Source of the DNA: Promethearchaeota archaeon
GTDB taxonomy: Archaea; Asgardarchaeota; Thorarchaeia; Thorarchaeales; Thorarchaeaceae
Assembly (NCBI GenBank): GCA_048939765.1
Contig: JBHLPF010000002.1
Span: 1-64,000, forward strand
Direction of reading: 5' to 3'
Length of the DNA stretch: 64,000 bases
Shown here: positions 18,521 through 28,044 of the stretch, in pieces
Layout of the letters: each line of letters begins with the position of its first letter
Numbering within the stretch: position 1 is the stretch's first letter
Notes under the pieces: generated by a model
The model's database searches: none
What the model was told of the DNA's origin: nothing
Seen by the model: only the letters and a program-made list of their open reading frames with translations
Made by a program: the position numbers and the translations under genes

Positions 18521-19492
18521 TCAATCCTCTTTCTTCGGCATGTATGGAGACGATGCGACAATCTTCTTCATAGCCTGCCCCTTGAAAAGATTCGCAAGAT
18601 ACCGCTTGAATCCCAATGCTTTCTTGATTTCCTCAATGTACTCGTCAAATGTTCTACTCTGATATTGAAGCAGCTTCTGTGATTCTTCGGTGTCTAACCA
18701 ATCTGTGTAGAAGTACTCTTCTGGCTTAGACGGAGTTCTAAAGGCTTCCTTGGGGGGCAGATCAAGTCCGGTAGCTGACAGTATTCTTCCAATGAAATCA
18801 ATCTGAAGCATTTGGCTGTCCTTTCCTCCTCCGATTAGCAGAGTCTTTCCTTGGGTCTCGGCCGTCACTGAATTCGCAAAAGCAACACCGACATCTCGAG
18901 TATGAACGAACTCTATCCGTTGGTCAAGAGGTATCTCAAACATTACAGATGTGTCGCTATTCATATCGAGTGGTGGGACTGCAGTCAGTCTCAGAATCGT
19001 CCATGGAATCGTACTCTCTCGAATCATGGCTTCACATTTCATCTTCGTCTGAGTGTAGGTGTCAGTTGGATTAACTGGGTCAGATGTTCTACGTGGAGGC
19101 TGAAGATGCATTGTTGGCCCGAATATTGACACCGAACTCGCAATGATGAGCTTGGGCTTTTTTGGGCTTCCTTCAGCTGCATTGATGATGTTTCTTGTTC
19201 CCTCGACGTTCACGCGAAATGCAAGGTCCGGGTTCTGGTCACTCATGGGTGGGATGATCGCAGCCAGATGAATGATGCACTCTATGTCCTTTACGGCATC
19301 ACTCACGATCTCTGAGTCTAGAATATCCCCCCAAATTGTTTCAAAATCGCCTACGCGTCGAAGTAGCTTTTGCTTCCTATCATTCGCTTTTGTCTGAAGG
19401 TCAAAGCACCGAACACGATGATTATTCTCCAAAAGCGCGATTAGCGTGCTTTCGCCAATGTTACCAAAGGATCCCGTCAATAGAACGAACAT
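18521..19492 (-). CDS. NAD-dependent epimerase/dehydratase (extended SDR)
   Basis: TGSFGNIG, HLAA, NVEGT, YTQTK. Confidence 0.88.
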   Translation of the reverse strand: MFVLLTGSFGNIGESTLIALLENNHRVRCFDLQTKANDRKQKLLRRVGDFETIWGDILDSEIVSDAVKDIECIIHLAAIIPPMSDQNPDLAFRVNVEGTRNIINAAEGSPKKPKLIIASSVSIFGPTMHLQPPRRTSDPVNPTDTYTQTKMKCEAMIRESTIPWTILRLTAVPPLDMNSDTSVMFEIPLDQRIEFVHTRDVGVAFANSVTAETQGKTLLIGGGKDSQMLQIDFIGRILSATGLDLPPKEAFRTPSKPEEYFYTDWLDTEESQKLLQYQSRTFDEYIEEIKKALGFKRYLANLFKGQAMKKIVASSPYMPKKED

Positions 19493-19539
19493 GCGACAGC
19501 CAGTTTTGAGTGTATTTTAAGCATTTAGCTTATGAACCA

Positions 19540-20676
19540 TCAGAGGGCCTTGACTTCCTTAATCTTATCGAGAATCTCGCTTGGAATCTGCGGCATGCCT
19601 GCAGGCTTGGCCATCAAGTGAACCGGAGTCGGGGCTGCCTCTGCCCTGACCATGTGATACATTTGACCAAGATTCTGTTCAGCGACAATGATATGGTCAA
19701 CTTGAGAAGCAAGTTTCGCTACCTGCTTTTCTGGAAACGGCCACACAGTTTTGAGGCGTAGCATCCCTGCTTTGATTCCTTGTTCCCTGGCATCCTTGAT
19801 TGCTCTCCTTGCGCTTCTAGATGGCGTGCCGTAGGCGACAACTGCTATCTTGGCGTCATCAAGCATGAATTCCTCAATATCAATTATCTTGTCAGCATTG
19901 TGGATTATCTTGTCGTTTAGCCGAGTAATCAATTCAATCTGGACATTCTCCTTGTCACTCGGATATCCGCGCTCATCATGGGTGAGACCAGTAGCATAGA
20001 ATTGATATTTGGACCCAAGTAGTGCCATGGGTGGTACGAGGTCCTCGTCTGGCTTAAATGGAAGGTAGTCCTCGGGAGGTCCTGAAGCCAGTTTCCTGTA
20101 TTCAACCTTGAGGTCTTTCTCATCAGGTATTACAAGACGTTCTCTCATGTGACCTACGGTTTCATCTGCCAGTACAAATACTGGCGTTCTATATCTTTCA
20201 GAGAGATTGAAAGCCTGAACTGTCTGGTCGAACATCTCTTGGACAGATGCTGGTGTGAGGGCGATGATCTGATAGTCTCCGTGGCTTCCCCATTTTGGTT
20301 GCATTACGTCACCCTGCTGACCCCTGGTAGGCTGTCCAGTACTTGGACCGCCCCTCATGATGTTCACTAGTACGAGTGGAGTCTCAGTCATGACTGCCAA
20401 GCCAATTGCCTCTAACATGAGACTGACACCTGGTCCTGACGTTGCAGTCATAGATTTCGTGCCCGTCCACGATGCTCCAATCACACTTGTAATTGATGCA
20501 ATCTCATCCTCGTATTGGACATAAGCTCCGCCCACCTCTGGCATTCTGATTGCCATCCACTCTGCAATCTCAGTCGCTGGTGTGATGGGATATCCCCCGA
20601 AATATCTGCAGCCAGCACTTAGTGCTCCTTCTGCACATGCGATATCACCCATTGTGAACATGACCCTCTTAGGCAT
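19540..20676 (-). CDS. korA: 2-oxoacid:ferredoxin oxidoreductase alpha subunit
   Basis: GYPITPATE, EDEIAS, TATSGPG, RGGPSTG.PT, VWPFP. Confidence 0.92.
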   Translation of the reverse strand: MPKRVMFTMGDIACAEGALSAGCRYFGGYPITPATEIAEWMAIRMPEVGGAYVQYEDEIASITSVIGASWTGTKSMTATSGPGVSLMLEAIGLAVMTETPLVLVNIMRGGPSTGQPTRGQQGDVMQPKWGSHGDYQIIALTPASVQEMFDQTVQAFNLSERYRTPVFVLADETVGHMRERLVIPDEKDLKVEYRKLASGPPEDYLPFKPDEDLVPPMALLGSKYQFYATGLTHDERGYPSDKENVQIELITRLNDKIIHNADKIIDIEEFMLDDAKIAVVAYGTPSRSARRAIKDAREQGIKAGMLRLKTVWPFPEKQVAKLASQVDHIIVAEQNLGQMYHMVRAEAAPTPVHLMAKPAGMPQIPSEILDKIKEVKAL

Positions 20677-21024
20677 CTAGTTCTTCTCCTTAGACTCTCG
20701 GTCAAACTCGGGAATCGCAGTGTTGTCCTCCATTGCTCCCTCGTCGTAGGCCTTCCGTGCCTCATCTTTCTTTGCCAAGAATATCGCCATGTCTGGGCAT
20801 ATCCGTTCACAAAATTCGCAGTTCACACATGCATCGATGTCGCATGCAGTCACTGGATGGTAGCCCTTCCGATTGTACTTGGACATGTCAAAGCAGAGAA
20901 CTTTCTTTGGACAAAACTCGATGCAGAGGCCACACTGCTTGCACTGTTCCTCTAATATCACCAGGACTTTCTCCCTTTCTCTTGCGGGTTTTGGTGTTAT
21001 TGGTTTTCGAACAGCTGACACCAC
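20677..21024 (-). CDS. korD: 2-oxoacid:ferredoxin oxidoreductase delta subunit, 2x[4Fe-4S]
   Basis: CKQCGLCIEFCP and CVNCEFCERICPD.AI; abuts korA. Confidence 0.88.
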   Translation of the reverse strand: MVSAVRKPITPKPAREREKVLVILEEQCKQCGLCIEFCPKKVLCFDMSKYNRKGYHPVTACDIDACVNCEFCERICPDMAIFLAKKDEARKAYDEGAMEDNTAIPEFDRESKEKN

Positions 21025-21215
21025 TGTTATTCTCCTGATGCCTTCCTATCAGTTTTCAGAGGGTTGACTGAGGCAATATCTTGACTGCCTTGAGCATGGG
21101 CGAACTGCTGAGCTATATGAGCCTTACCTTGGTGGACTATATATTGGATGGGCAAAGGGCCAGAGTTCAAAGCGTGCATTTACATTCCATCGATTATCGA
21201 AATGAGCTGTGGGCA

Positions 21216-21400
21216 TTACCTGATAACGAGCCAACTGAAGAAGAATTGGCTGAACGAATCAAAGGCAAGACCCTACAAGGTCTACTGGTGTCTCTTGCGG
21301 CATCCCACGCCTTTGACAGCGCGAGAGGTCCAACGCGGAACAGAACTCTCTAGCCCCTCTCTTTCACTTCACCATCTCGAGAAGCTGCGTCAGTTTGGGC
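21216..21400 (+). pseudogene. Frameshifted, truncated archaeal HTH transcription regulator
   Basis: One frame reads EEELAERIKGKTL; after one extra base near 21276 the next frame continues KVYWCLLRHPTPLTAREVQRGTELSSPSLSLHHLEKLRQFG, then runs into the hdrB 3' end. Confidence 0.7.
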
Positions 21401-21429
21401 ATGGTTCTGAAACAGACAAATCCCGGCTA

Positions 21430-22332
21430 TCATCCAGATATCTTGCTCAATAGTGGTTGAGTACTAACAACATGCTTGTCAAGACCTAATTCACCTGCGT
21501 CCAGACCAAGGGCCAGACCGAGGAGCTGCGTGTAATATACCACGGGTATGTGGTATCTCTCCTCTCCAATCTCCTTGTTCAGCTGTGGCTGGGCTAGCTC
21601 ATACTGGAGATGGCAAAATGAACAGACGTTGAGAACACAGTCAGCTCCTGCCGCCAACATGTTGTCTAGCTTCTCTTTGGCGATATCCACACTGATTGCC
21701 ACATTGCCTCCCCTCATGCCTCCTCCAGCGCCACAGCAAAGCGATTTGTCCTTGTATCTCACGCTCTCTGCGCCTGTCGCTTCGACTAATTCATCGAGAA
21801 ATGTGTGGTTCTGCGTCTTCTTCCAAGGTTTATTCTTGCTTGGCTTAAGGAGGTGGCACCCGTAGTGAACTGCGATCCTGATGCCGTCCAGTGGGCGTGT
21901 AACAAGCTCCTTGATTCGATCTGCACCGATATTGTAAATGACTTCTATGACATGCTTTGCATCGACTTCCCCCTTGAATGTGATATTCATCCCATCAAAG
22001 ACGTTCTGTACCTCTTTCAGCCTCTCTGGATGATCGTGAACCTCTGAGAGAGCCTCCTTAAACGTCCCATAGCAGCCGTTGCATCCCGTGATAATGTTGT
22101 TTCCTGCCATCTCCGCAAGTGCCAAGTTCCGAGCCGCAAGGGCAAGCCATGTAGGTTCATCGAATGATCGGACCACACCAGGTGCAGGACAGCAACTAGC
22201 CCCATCCAGATCCTCGAGTTCTACACCAAGCAGAGGGAGCACGACTCTGATGCTCTTTTCCAGATTGGGGAATCGATTAGGCATGACGCAACCAAGGAAG
22301 AGCGAGTACTTTTGACTCTCCGTTTCTGTCAT
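21430..22332 (-). CDS. hdrB: Heterodisulfide reductase subunit B (copy 1)
   Basis: FLGC, CCPAPG, GCNGC, HYGCH, CCGAGGG, CSFC. Confidence 0.93.
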   Translation of the reverse strand: MTETESQKYSLFLGCVMPNRFPNLEKSIRVVLPLLGVELEDLDGASCCPAPGVVRSFDEPTWLALAARNLALAEMAGNNIITGCNGCYGTFKEALSEVHDHPERLKEVQNVFDGMNITFKGEVDAKHVIEVIYNIGADRIKELVTRPLDGIRIAVHYGCHLLKPSKNKPWKKTQNHTFLDELVEATGAESVRYKDKSLCCGAGGGMRGGNVAISVDIAKEKLDNMLAAGADCVLNVCSFCHLQYELAQPQLNKEIGEERYHIPVVYYTQLLGLALGLDAGELGLDKHVVSTQPLLSKISG

Positions 22333-22333
22333 G

Positions 22334-22882
22334 TCATGTCCCCTCCTTGTTCTGTCTATCAATGAGCGTCTTAAACCCAGTTTTCTTCATTATCTTCTGA
22401 ACATCTTTCAGAGCCTTCTTCCTTGAATGCGTTGTGGGTGGCAATTCTTCCAGACCTAGGTCTTTTCGCATCTCACGATGTTCCTCATCAATCGGAACAG
22501 CATGTCCAGTTGAGATGAGCTTCTGAGAGGCTTTCCTGTGTTGAGGAAGCATGAACCCCTCGTCAACGGCCATGTTCCTCATGATAATTATCGCATCCGT
22601 CACCTTGATTTCTCTGGGACATCTCTCAAGGCATGTATAACAAGTCGCACAGAGCCAGAGATCAGGACTGGCTAGAACCTCTTCTTTCAGCCCCAGAACC
22701 GCCTTTCTCATCAGTTCACGTGTTCTGAATGCAGTCCGACGACCACTCGGGCAGACACTGGAACATGTCCCGCACTGAATACATGTCCGAATTCTATCTG
22801 CCCCCGCCTCAATGATTTTCTCAGTGAATTGTGGGTCGATGTCTTCGGAATGTATTCTTTCGCCCGAGAAACTGTTCTCCAT
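22334..22882 (-). CDS. hdrC: Heterodisulfide reductase subunit C (copy 1)
   Basis: CIQCGTCSSVCP, WLCATCYTCLERCPR, GHAVPI. Confidence 0.93.
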   Translation of the reverse strand: MENSFSGERIHSEDIDPQFTEKIIEAGADRIRTCIQCGTCSSVCPSGRRTAFRTRELMRKAVLGLKEEVLASPDLWLCATCYTCLERCPREIKVTDAIIIMRNMAVDEGFMLPQHRKASQKLISTGHAVPIDEEHREMRKDLGLEELPPTTHSRKKALKDVQKIMKKTGFKTLIDRQNKEGT

Positions 22883-22972
22883 GAAGCTACCTTCGTAAAC
22901 TTGGATTCCGTTAGGACGCCGAGTACTTGGCGATATAAGGATTGGTTTTGGGTCTAGATTTCTTGGAATGCA

Positions 22973-24055
22973 TTAATCATATGGGTATTCCTTTGTCGAG
23001 AGCAGACCCATGTTTCCTATTCTCACATTTGTCAGACCGGCCTCTTTCGCCGCCTCCTTCGCAGCCATTGCATGGGCCCTGCTTGTGCGAGGCAGATCAG
23101 ACATGGCATGATGGGGATGAAATCCAAGAAGGGCAGTTGGAATAGTCGAATCGCATTCCACTATGAATTCACACAGCCTCTTTACCTCACTTACCCCCAC
23201 ATATCCTGGTACAAGTAGAATGCTTGCAACGAGAAACTCTCCATCCCGTTTCAATCCCTTCTTTGCCAGGACCCTGAAGTTATTGAGGACAGCTGTGTTG
23301 GTCATGCTGGTGAGCGAAGCATACAATCTAGGAGATACTGCCTTGAGATCGAACTTGTAGGTTCCCCCAGATTTCAGGACTATATCCGCAGTCCTGATGA
23401 GCCACTTTCGGGACATGTTCCCATTGGTTTCATAGCATACTCTAGTTTGACGTTCCTCATAGAGTATCTTTGATGTGTCCAAGGAATGAACTGGATTGCA
23501 TGCTGGGTCGCCACCGAAATAGCAAACACAGGCAGTCCTGTCATTTGCTACAGACGCCAACTCTCTTGGCGTCATTAGGGGTTCTCCTTTCGCCATCATC
23601 TCCCTGAAACTGTCATTCTGGCAGAATAGACAATTGGAATTGCATGACCCATAGAATACTGCAAGATTGTTGAGCTGTCTGGCGTAGGTGAAAGTTGGAT
23701 CTCCCTTTGTGACAGGACATACCCAATCAGCCACGCAATTGGTAGGAAGCGGGTCAAAGTACCACGAGACTATTGCCTTTCCCTGAAATCGATGAGTGAC
23801 CACTCCCTGCTCTACGACACGGAGGTTGCAGTATCCAATCTCCCCCTCATTGAGCCTGCAATGGTTTCCGCAGTCGGGACATACTATGTTCCCGCTTTCA
23901 GGTATTTCGGGAACCAAGTTCTGATTGAATCTAATCTGTTTGTGTTTGTCCTTAGCAGCCTGAATAGCACTGTCATCGGTATCCAAACACGTTGAACAGT
24001 GTCCAATGGACCTTGATGCGATTCTGCCTTCACGCTCATGCTTTGGACAGAGCAT
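22973..24055 (-). CDS. Radical SAM protein (PFL-activase / AmmeMemoRadiSAM-like)
   Basis: CNSNCLFCQN (CxxxCxxC), YFGGDP, ETNG, FDLKA, RIGN; extra N-terminal Cys clusters. Confidence 0.85.
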   Translation of the reverse strand: MLCPKHEREGRIASRSIGHCSTCLDTDDSAIQAAKDKHKQIRFNQNLVPEIPESGNIVCPDCGNHCRLNEGEIGYCNLRVVEQGVVTHRFQGKAIVSWYFDPLPTNCVADWVCPVTKGDPTFTYARQLNNLAVFYGSCNSNCLFCQNDSFREMMAKGEPLMTPRELASVANDRTACVCYFGGDPACNPVHSLDTSKILYEERQTRVCYETNGNMSRKWLIRTADIVLKSGGTYKFDLKAVSPRLYASLTSMTNTAVLNNFRVLAKKGLKRDGEFLVASILLVPGYVGVSEVKRLCEFIVECDSTIPTALLGFHPHHAMSDLPRTSRAHAMAAKEAAKEAGLTNVRIGNMGLLSTKEYPYD

Positions 24056-24090
24056 GGGTCAAGGTGGACGCAAAAGGGAATGAGTCTTTG

Positions 24091-24104
24091 CGTTTCGCGA
24101 AACG
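24091..24104. promoter_or_regulatory. Perfect 14-bp palindrome in the divergent radical SAM/hdrC promoter
   Basis: cgtttcgcgaaacg; TATA-like tttaag at 24121. Confidence 0.4.
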
Positions 24105-24164
24105 TCCTTTTGACAATGGATTTAAGGTTGGAATCTAAGCACCGCGGGTAGTCGGTGCATCACC

Positions 24165-24716
24165 ATGACTAGCGCAGACCAATCGGATGTCCATGTGATT
24201 GATGAGGTCGACACAGAGTTTGTTGACATGATCAAGAGAATAGGTGGTCCGAATATTCAAAGCTGCTATCAGTGTGGGACATGTAGTGGGAGCTGCCCTG
24301 CAGGAGCTCGTACAAACTACTTGGTTCGAGGTATCATCAGAAAGGCTCTACTTGGTCTAAAAGAAGATGTGATTTCTGGCATGGAGCTATGGTTCTGCAC
24401 TACATGCTACACCTGTACTGATCGATGTCCTCAGGATGTTCAGCCCACAGAGGTCATCAAGGCGATCCGAAATGTTGCAGTTGCCGAAGGATATATGCTC
24501 GAGCCTCATCGAAAGGTGGGGATGAACGTGCTCACGACAGGACATGCAGTTCCTCTCGGCGGTGAAACATGGGAAGGTCTCAGAAAGAAGGTTGGCCTTG
24601 ATGAAAAGCCGCCAAACGCAAGTAGCTTCCCTGAAGCCATTGAGGAAATAGTCAAGATTGCTAAAAAGAGCGGTTTCGACAAGCTCGTTGCTGAGAAGGA
24701 AGAGAAGGAGGAGTGA
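24165..24716 (+). CDS. hdrC: Heterodisulfide reductase subunit C (copy 2)
   Basis: CYQCGTCSGSCP, WFCTTCYTCTDRCP, GHAVP. Confidence 0.93.
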   Translation: MTSADQSDVHVIDEVDTEFVDMIKRIGGPNIQSCYQCGTCSGSCPAGARTNYLVRGIIRKALLGLKEDVISGMELWFCTTCYTCTDRCPQDVQPTEVIKAIRNVAVAEGYMLEPHRKVGMNVLTTGHAVPLGGETWEGLRKKVGLDEKPPNASSFPEAIEEIVKIAKKSGFDKLVAEKEEKEE

Positions 24717-24722
24717 AGCAAG

Positions 24723-25670
24723 ATGGCGAAGAAACCAAAGTTCCTACATTTCCTAGGGTGCATAATCCCCCATAGATATCCAAGCGTACAGAAGGCAGCC
24801 GAGCTTGTGTTTGAAGACCTCGACATGGATCTCCTACCGATGGAGAAAGCCAGCTGTTGTCCGGCTCCTGGAGTCTTTGGCTCATTTGACAAAGTGACTT
24901 GGGCATCAGTGGCAGCACGAAACCTCACCATTGCAGAGGAGGCGGGAGCAAACATTACCACGGGATGCAACGGATGCTTTGCAAGTCTTTGGGACGCTGA
25001 CCACGAGCTCAAACATGATGAAGAGCTCAGAGCAACAGTAAATGAGAACCTGGCTGAGATTGGGCGGGAGTTCAAGGGCACAATTGAGGTCACTCATTAT
25101 GTTGATGCACTCTGCAACACGGCAGGATTGGAAAAGATTCGAAACCGAGTTACACGCCCGTTTGAAGGTGTACGAATGGCACTCCATCCCGGTTGTCATT
25201 GGATGCGGCCCAAGCTGGTCAAGAAGAAGGATGATTCAGAGAGACCGCATATATTCCGAGAACTCTGTGAAACCTCTGGTGCAACCTATGTGCCGTACAA
25301 AGACGAGCTAATTTGCTGTGGCGCTGGAGGAGCAGTTAGGACTGCAGACGTCAAGACCGCCCTTGACTTCACGAAACAGAAGTTTGATAGTCTCCTAGCC
25401 GCGGGAGGGGCTGACATCATAGTTACTCCATGTCCATTCTGCGAACTTCAATTGGACCTTGGACAGGTTGAGATTCAGAAACACTTTGAGGCAGAGTATC
25501 ATTTCGATGTCCTGCACGTCATGGAGCTACTCGCCCTAGCCTTCGGACATGAGCCTGATGAATTTGGTCTTGCCACTCACTTACAGTACCTGCAAAGGAA
25601 GAGCCAACCAAATTGGGAGAAGCTTGGCATTGAGATTGAAACGCCTAAGGATGCGGCAGTCTCCGAGTAA
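24723..25670 (+). CDS. hdrB: Heterodisulfide reductase subunit B (copy 2)
   Basis: FLGC, CCPAPG, GCNGC, HPGCH, CCGAGG, PCPFC. Confidence 0.93.
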   Translation: MAKKPKFLHFLGCIIPHRYPSVQKAAELVFEDLDMDLLPMEKASCCPAPGVFGSFDKVTWASVAARNLTIAEEAGANITTGCNGCFASLWDADHELKHDEELRATVNENLAEIGREFKGTIEVTHYVDALCNTAGLEKIRNRVTRPFEGVRMALHPGCHWMRPKLVKKKDDSERPHIFRELCETSGATYVPYKDELICCGAGGAVRTADVKTALDFTKQKFDSLLAAGGADIIVTPCPFCELQLDLGQVEIQKHFEAEYHFDVLHVMELLALAFGHEPDEFGLATHLQYLQRKSQPNWEKLGIEIETPKDAAVSE

Positions 25671-25687
25671 GTCAAGAGCGGCAAGTC

Positions 25688-26710
25688 TTATGTTTCCATC
25701 TTGTGGACGACGTTCTCGCGGCCATCTCGAAATCGCTTGATTAGGCCCCTCTCCTCGAGCGAGTTCAGCAGCATGCTTGCCATTGATTGAGACATATTCA
25801 ACTCCTCATAAATCTCTCTCTGAAGACATGACCCTCCCTTCTTATCTAGTAAGGATAGAACCTGCTGTTCCTGACTTGAAACAACACTGATTGTGCTCTC
25901 TCTCCTAGTGCGGAGCAGTCTGAGGGCCGCAGGTAGCCTCTCAATCAATAATGCAGCAACTGCACCAATTGCCACACCTAACCCCGAAAAGAGGAAAGGA
26001 TTAACTGGATCTGAAGATTCGGTCTGCAAAAGGCCAGTAGGCAGTTGATACTTCACGATAAAGGCTTGTTCGTTTCCTGGGAGTAGAGTCGGGGTTTCCC
26101 ACGTGAAGACTATCCTGTTTCCATCGGTGAAATTGCTTGTTGGTATAGGGAACAGTGGCGCTGGTGCATCCGCTTCCAATGTAGCGTGAGCAGGGAGGTG
26201 AGTCCTGAAGGTCAGACCCTGTATCTCATTCAAGGGCCGTATGTAATAGATGAAATGATTCGTACACAATGGTCCAGTTGGCGTCGGATCCTGACGTTGT
26301 TGGAGTTCATCAGTTGTCAATGTGAGCGAAAGATGGCTCGTACTATTGAACGGAATCAAAGATGCTGAAGAAACTCTGACAACAGTATATCGCTCCTCAG
26401 GCGCAAGAACTGCTTCAGCATGACTGCCTCCAAGAACACTGCTTGTCAAATTCAAACTCCGAATATCTAGCCTCAGGTCGATGAAGCTCAGATCGACTAG
26501 CCCATCATTCACAATATCCGCTTCAATTGAGATGCTTGTAGTGCAATTCTGGTTTAGAATGGCATCTATCACCATATTGGAGAGCGAAAATTGCTGTGTC
26601 TGACCCTGAACTGGAATAGGAGGTCCTATCACAATTAGCATCACAAGAAAGATGGTTGCTAATGTGAATGTCTTTGCGTTCATGGTGGGCATCGTCAGCA
26701 ATCCTGTCAT
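25688..26710 (-). CDS. Membrane-tethered winged-HTH protein with an extracellular domain
   Basis: Signal/TM, beta-rich domain, TM (LFSGLGVAIGAVAALL), then EQQVLSLL..GG..LQREI..MSQS.AS.LL..LEERGLIKR..GREN.V. Confidence 0.75.
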   Translation of the reverse strand: MTGLLTMPTMNAKTFTLATIFLVMLIVIGPPIPVQGQTQQFSLSNMVIDAILNQNCTTSISIEADIVNDGLVDLSFIDLRLDIRSLNLTSSVLGGSHAEAVLAPEERYTVVRVSSASLIPFNSTSHLSLTLTTDELQQRQDPTPTGPLCTNHFIYYIRPLNEIQGLTFRTHLPAHATLEADAPAPLFPIPTSNFTDGNRIVFTWETPTLLPGNEQAFIVKYQLPTGLLQTESSDPVNPFLFSGLGVAIGAVAALLIERLPAALRLLRTRRESTISVVSSQEQQVLSLLDKKGGSCLQREIYEELNMSQSMASMLLNSLEERGLIKRFRDGRENVVHKMET

Positions 26711-26760
26711 GTCTGTTGTGACAATTCATCCAATAAGGTTGTGGTGTGAAACTAAATGGT

Positions 26761-26783
26761 TGGAGGGGATGATTCCCCCTCCA
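26761..26783 (-). terminator. Hairpin downstream of the acidic surface-protein gene
   Basis: tggagggg/cccctcca 8-bp stem just after the stop at 26791. Confidence 0.4.
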
Positions 26784-26790
26784 GTTTCCA

Positions 26791-28044
26791 TTAACGTTTC
26801 TTTACTGCTATTCCTACACCAAGTACTGCAACAAGTGAGATGGCAGCAATTGCCGGGAGTACTATGCCCTCTGGGATAATGAGTCCACCATTCCCTGTAG
26901 GTGCTGCAAGCTCCTCAAATCTCATAGATGGGTCGTGTAAGAGCGACCCGCCGTCAAAGTTGGGGTAGGAGAAGAATAGCAGAAGAGCATTTCCGTTGGT
27001 CCAGTACGACGCTTCGACATCAACTGCCTCTTGGCTTCCGCCAGGAAGGGTCATGACAGCTTTATCCAGCCAGCGATAGAATCCGTGTGTTGTATCTGTT
27101 GAATCTTCGACCAGGGAGAGTTCCTGAACATCATCATGATGCCCATCATCGTCCTCATCGACATCCTGGAATTTCTTGCCCCAATCCTCCTCCGGCATTA
27201 AATCCTCAGAGTCACGGTTCTCATCCCCCTCATCCTCATGAAGTCTGAAGTGATGATCAGAGTCATCCTCAGAGGCGAGATCCTCTTGCAGGAAGTTCAG
27301 TATAGCGACATGAGATGTTTCAGAGAGATACGGGAAGTTTCCGATCTCGATGTCGATTTTCAACTCGACACCTCCTAGCACTGTGTAATTGGCCTTGACG
27401 CCTTCGTCATCGCTGACAGTCCCATTGTAGTCATCTAGGTACATATGGGCGTAGAATTGGAGGGTCATTCCTTCGAAACGAGTGAAGTTGATGTCTTCGT
27501 CGCTACTCAAGATGAAGGGCTCTTCAGGCTCATCCTCCCCTCCGTAACCGGGCATCCAGTCCTTAAACCAGTCGTCCTCCCAATCTTCACTCAGCCCGCC
27601 CTTTGTATACGAAGCATAGACCTCAGTGTTATGTCCAAGTTCATCAGTGACTGCTCCAGTCTGAAGGACCCAATCAAAGGCGTCCAGCGGAGCAAAGTCT
27701 AGGGTTTCATTAACCTGGTAGACATTATCACCGTTGAGATCTTCAAACTCAACAATCATCAGATAGCTCACAAGGAATCGGGCGCGGCTTCCATTGCTAT
27801 CGGATGAGTACCAGAACTGGAAACTCGGTTGTTCACTATCAAGCCGTACAGTGGCTATGTCGGTCTGTATCCAAGCTGTACCATCGCTATCTCTAGAGTA
27901 TTCAGGCTCATGTGCCTCTTCGTACTCGTCGTCATCGGTATGATCGTCACCATTATCGCTTTGTGCAAGTACACTCATTGGAGAGAGCACCAAGACCAGA
28001 AATGTGAGAACAGCTGCATATTTCAGAAGTCTGGGATGTTTCAC
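26791..28044 (-). CDS. Acidic secreted protein with a C-terminal membrane anchor
   Basis: GTG start MKHPRLL plus signal peptide, D/E/H-rich tracts, DLNGDN motif, C-terminal TM followed by KKR. Confidence 0.7.
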   Translation of the reverse strand: MKHPRLLKYAAVLTFLVLVLSPMSVLAQSDNGDDHTDDDEYEEAHEPEYSRDSDGTAWIQTDIATVRLDSEQPSFQFWYSSDSNGSRARFLVSYLMIVEFEDLNGDNVYQVNETLDFAPLDAFDWVLQTGAVTDELGHNTEVYASYTKGGLSEDWEDDWFKDWMPGYGGEDEPEEPFILSSDEDINFTRFEGMTLQFYAHMYLDDYNGTVSDDEGVKANYTVLGGVELKIDIEIGNFPYLSETSHVAILNFLQEDLASEDDSDHHFRLHEDEGDENRDSEDLMPEEDWGKKFQDVDEDDDGHHDDVQELSLVEDSTDTTHGFYRWLDKAVMTLPGGSQEAVDVEASYWTNGNALLLFFSYPNFDGGSLLHDPSMRFEELAAPTGNGGLIIPEGIVLPAIAAISLVAVLGVGIAVKKR

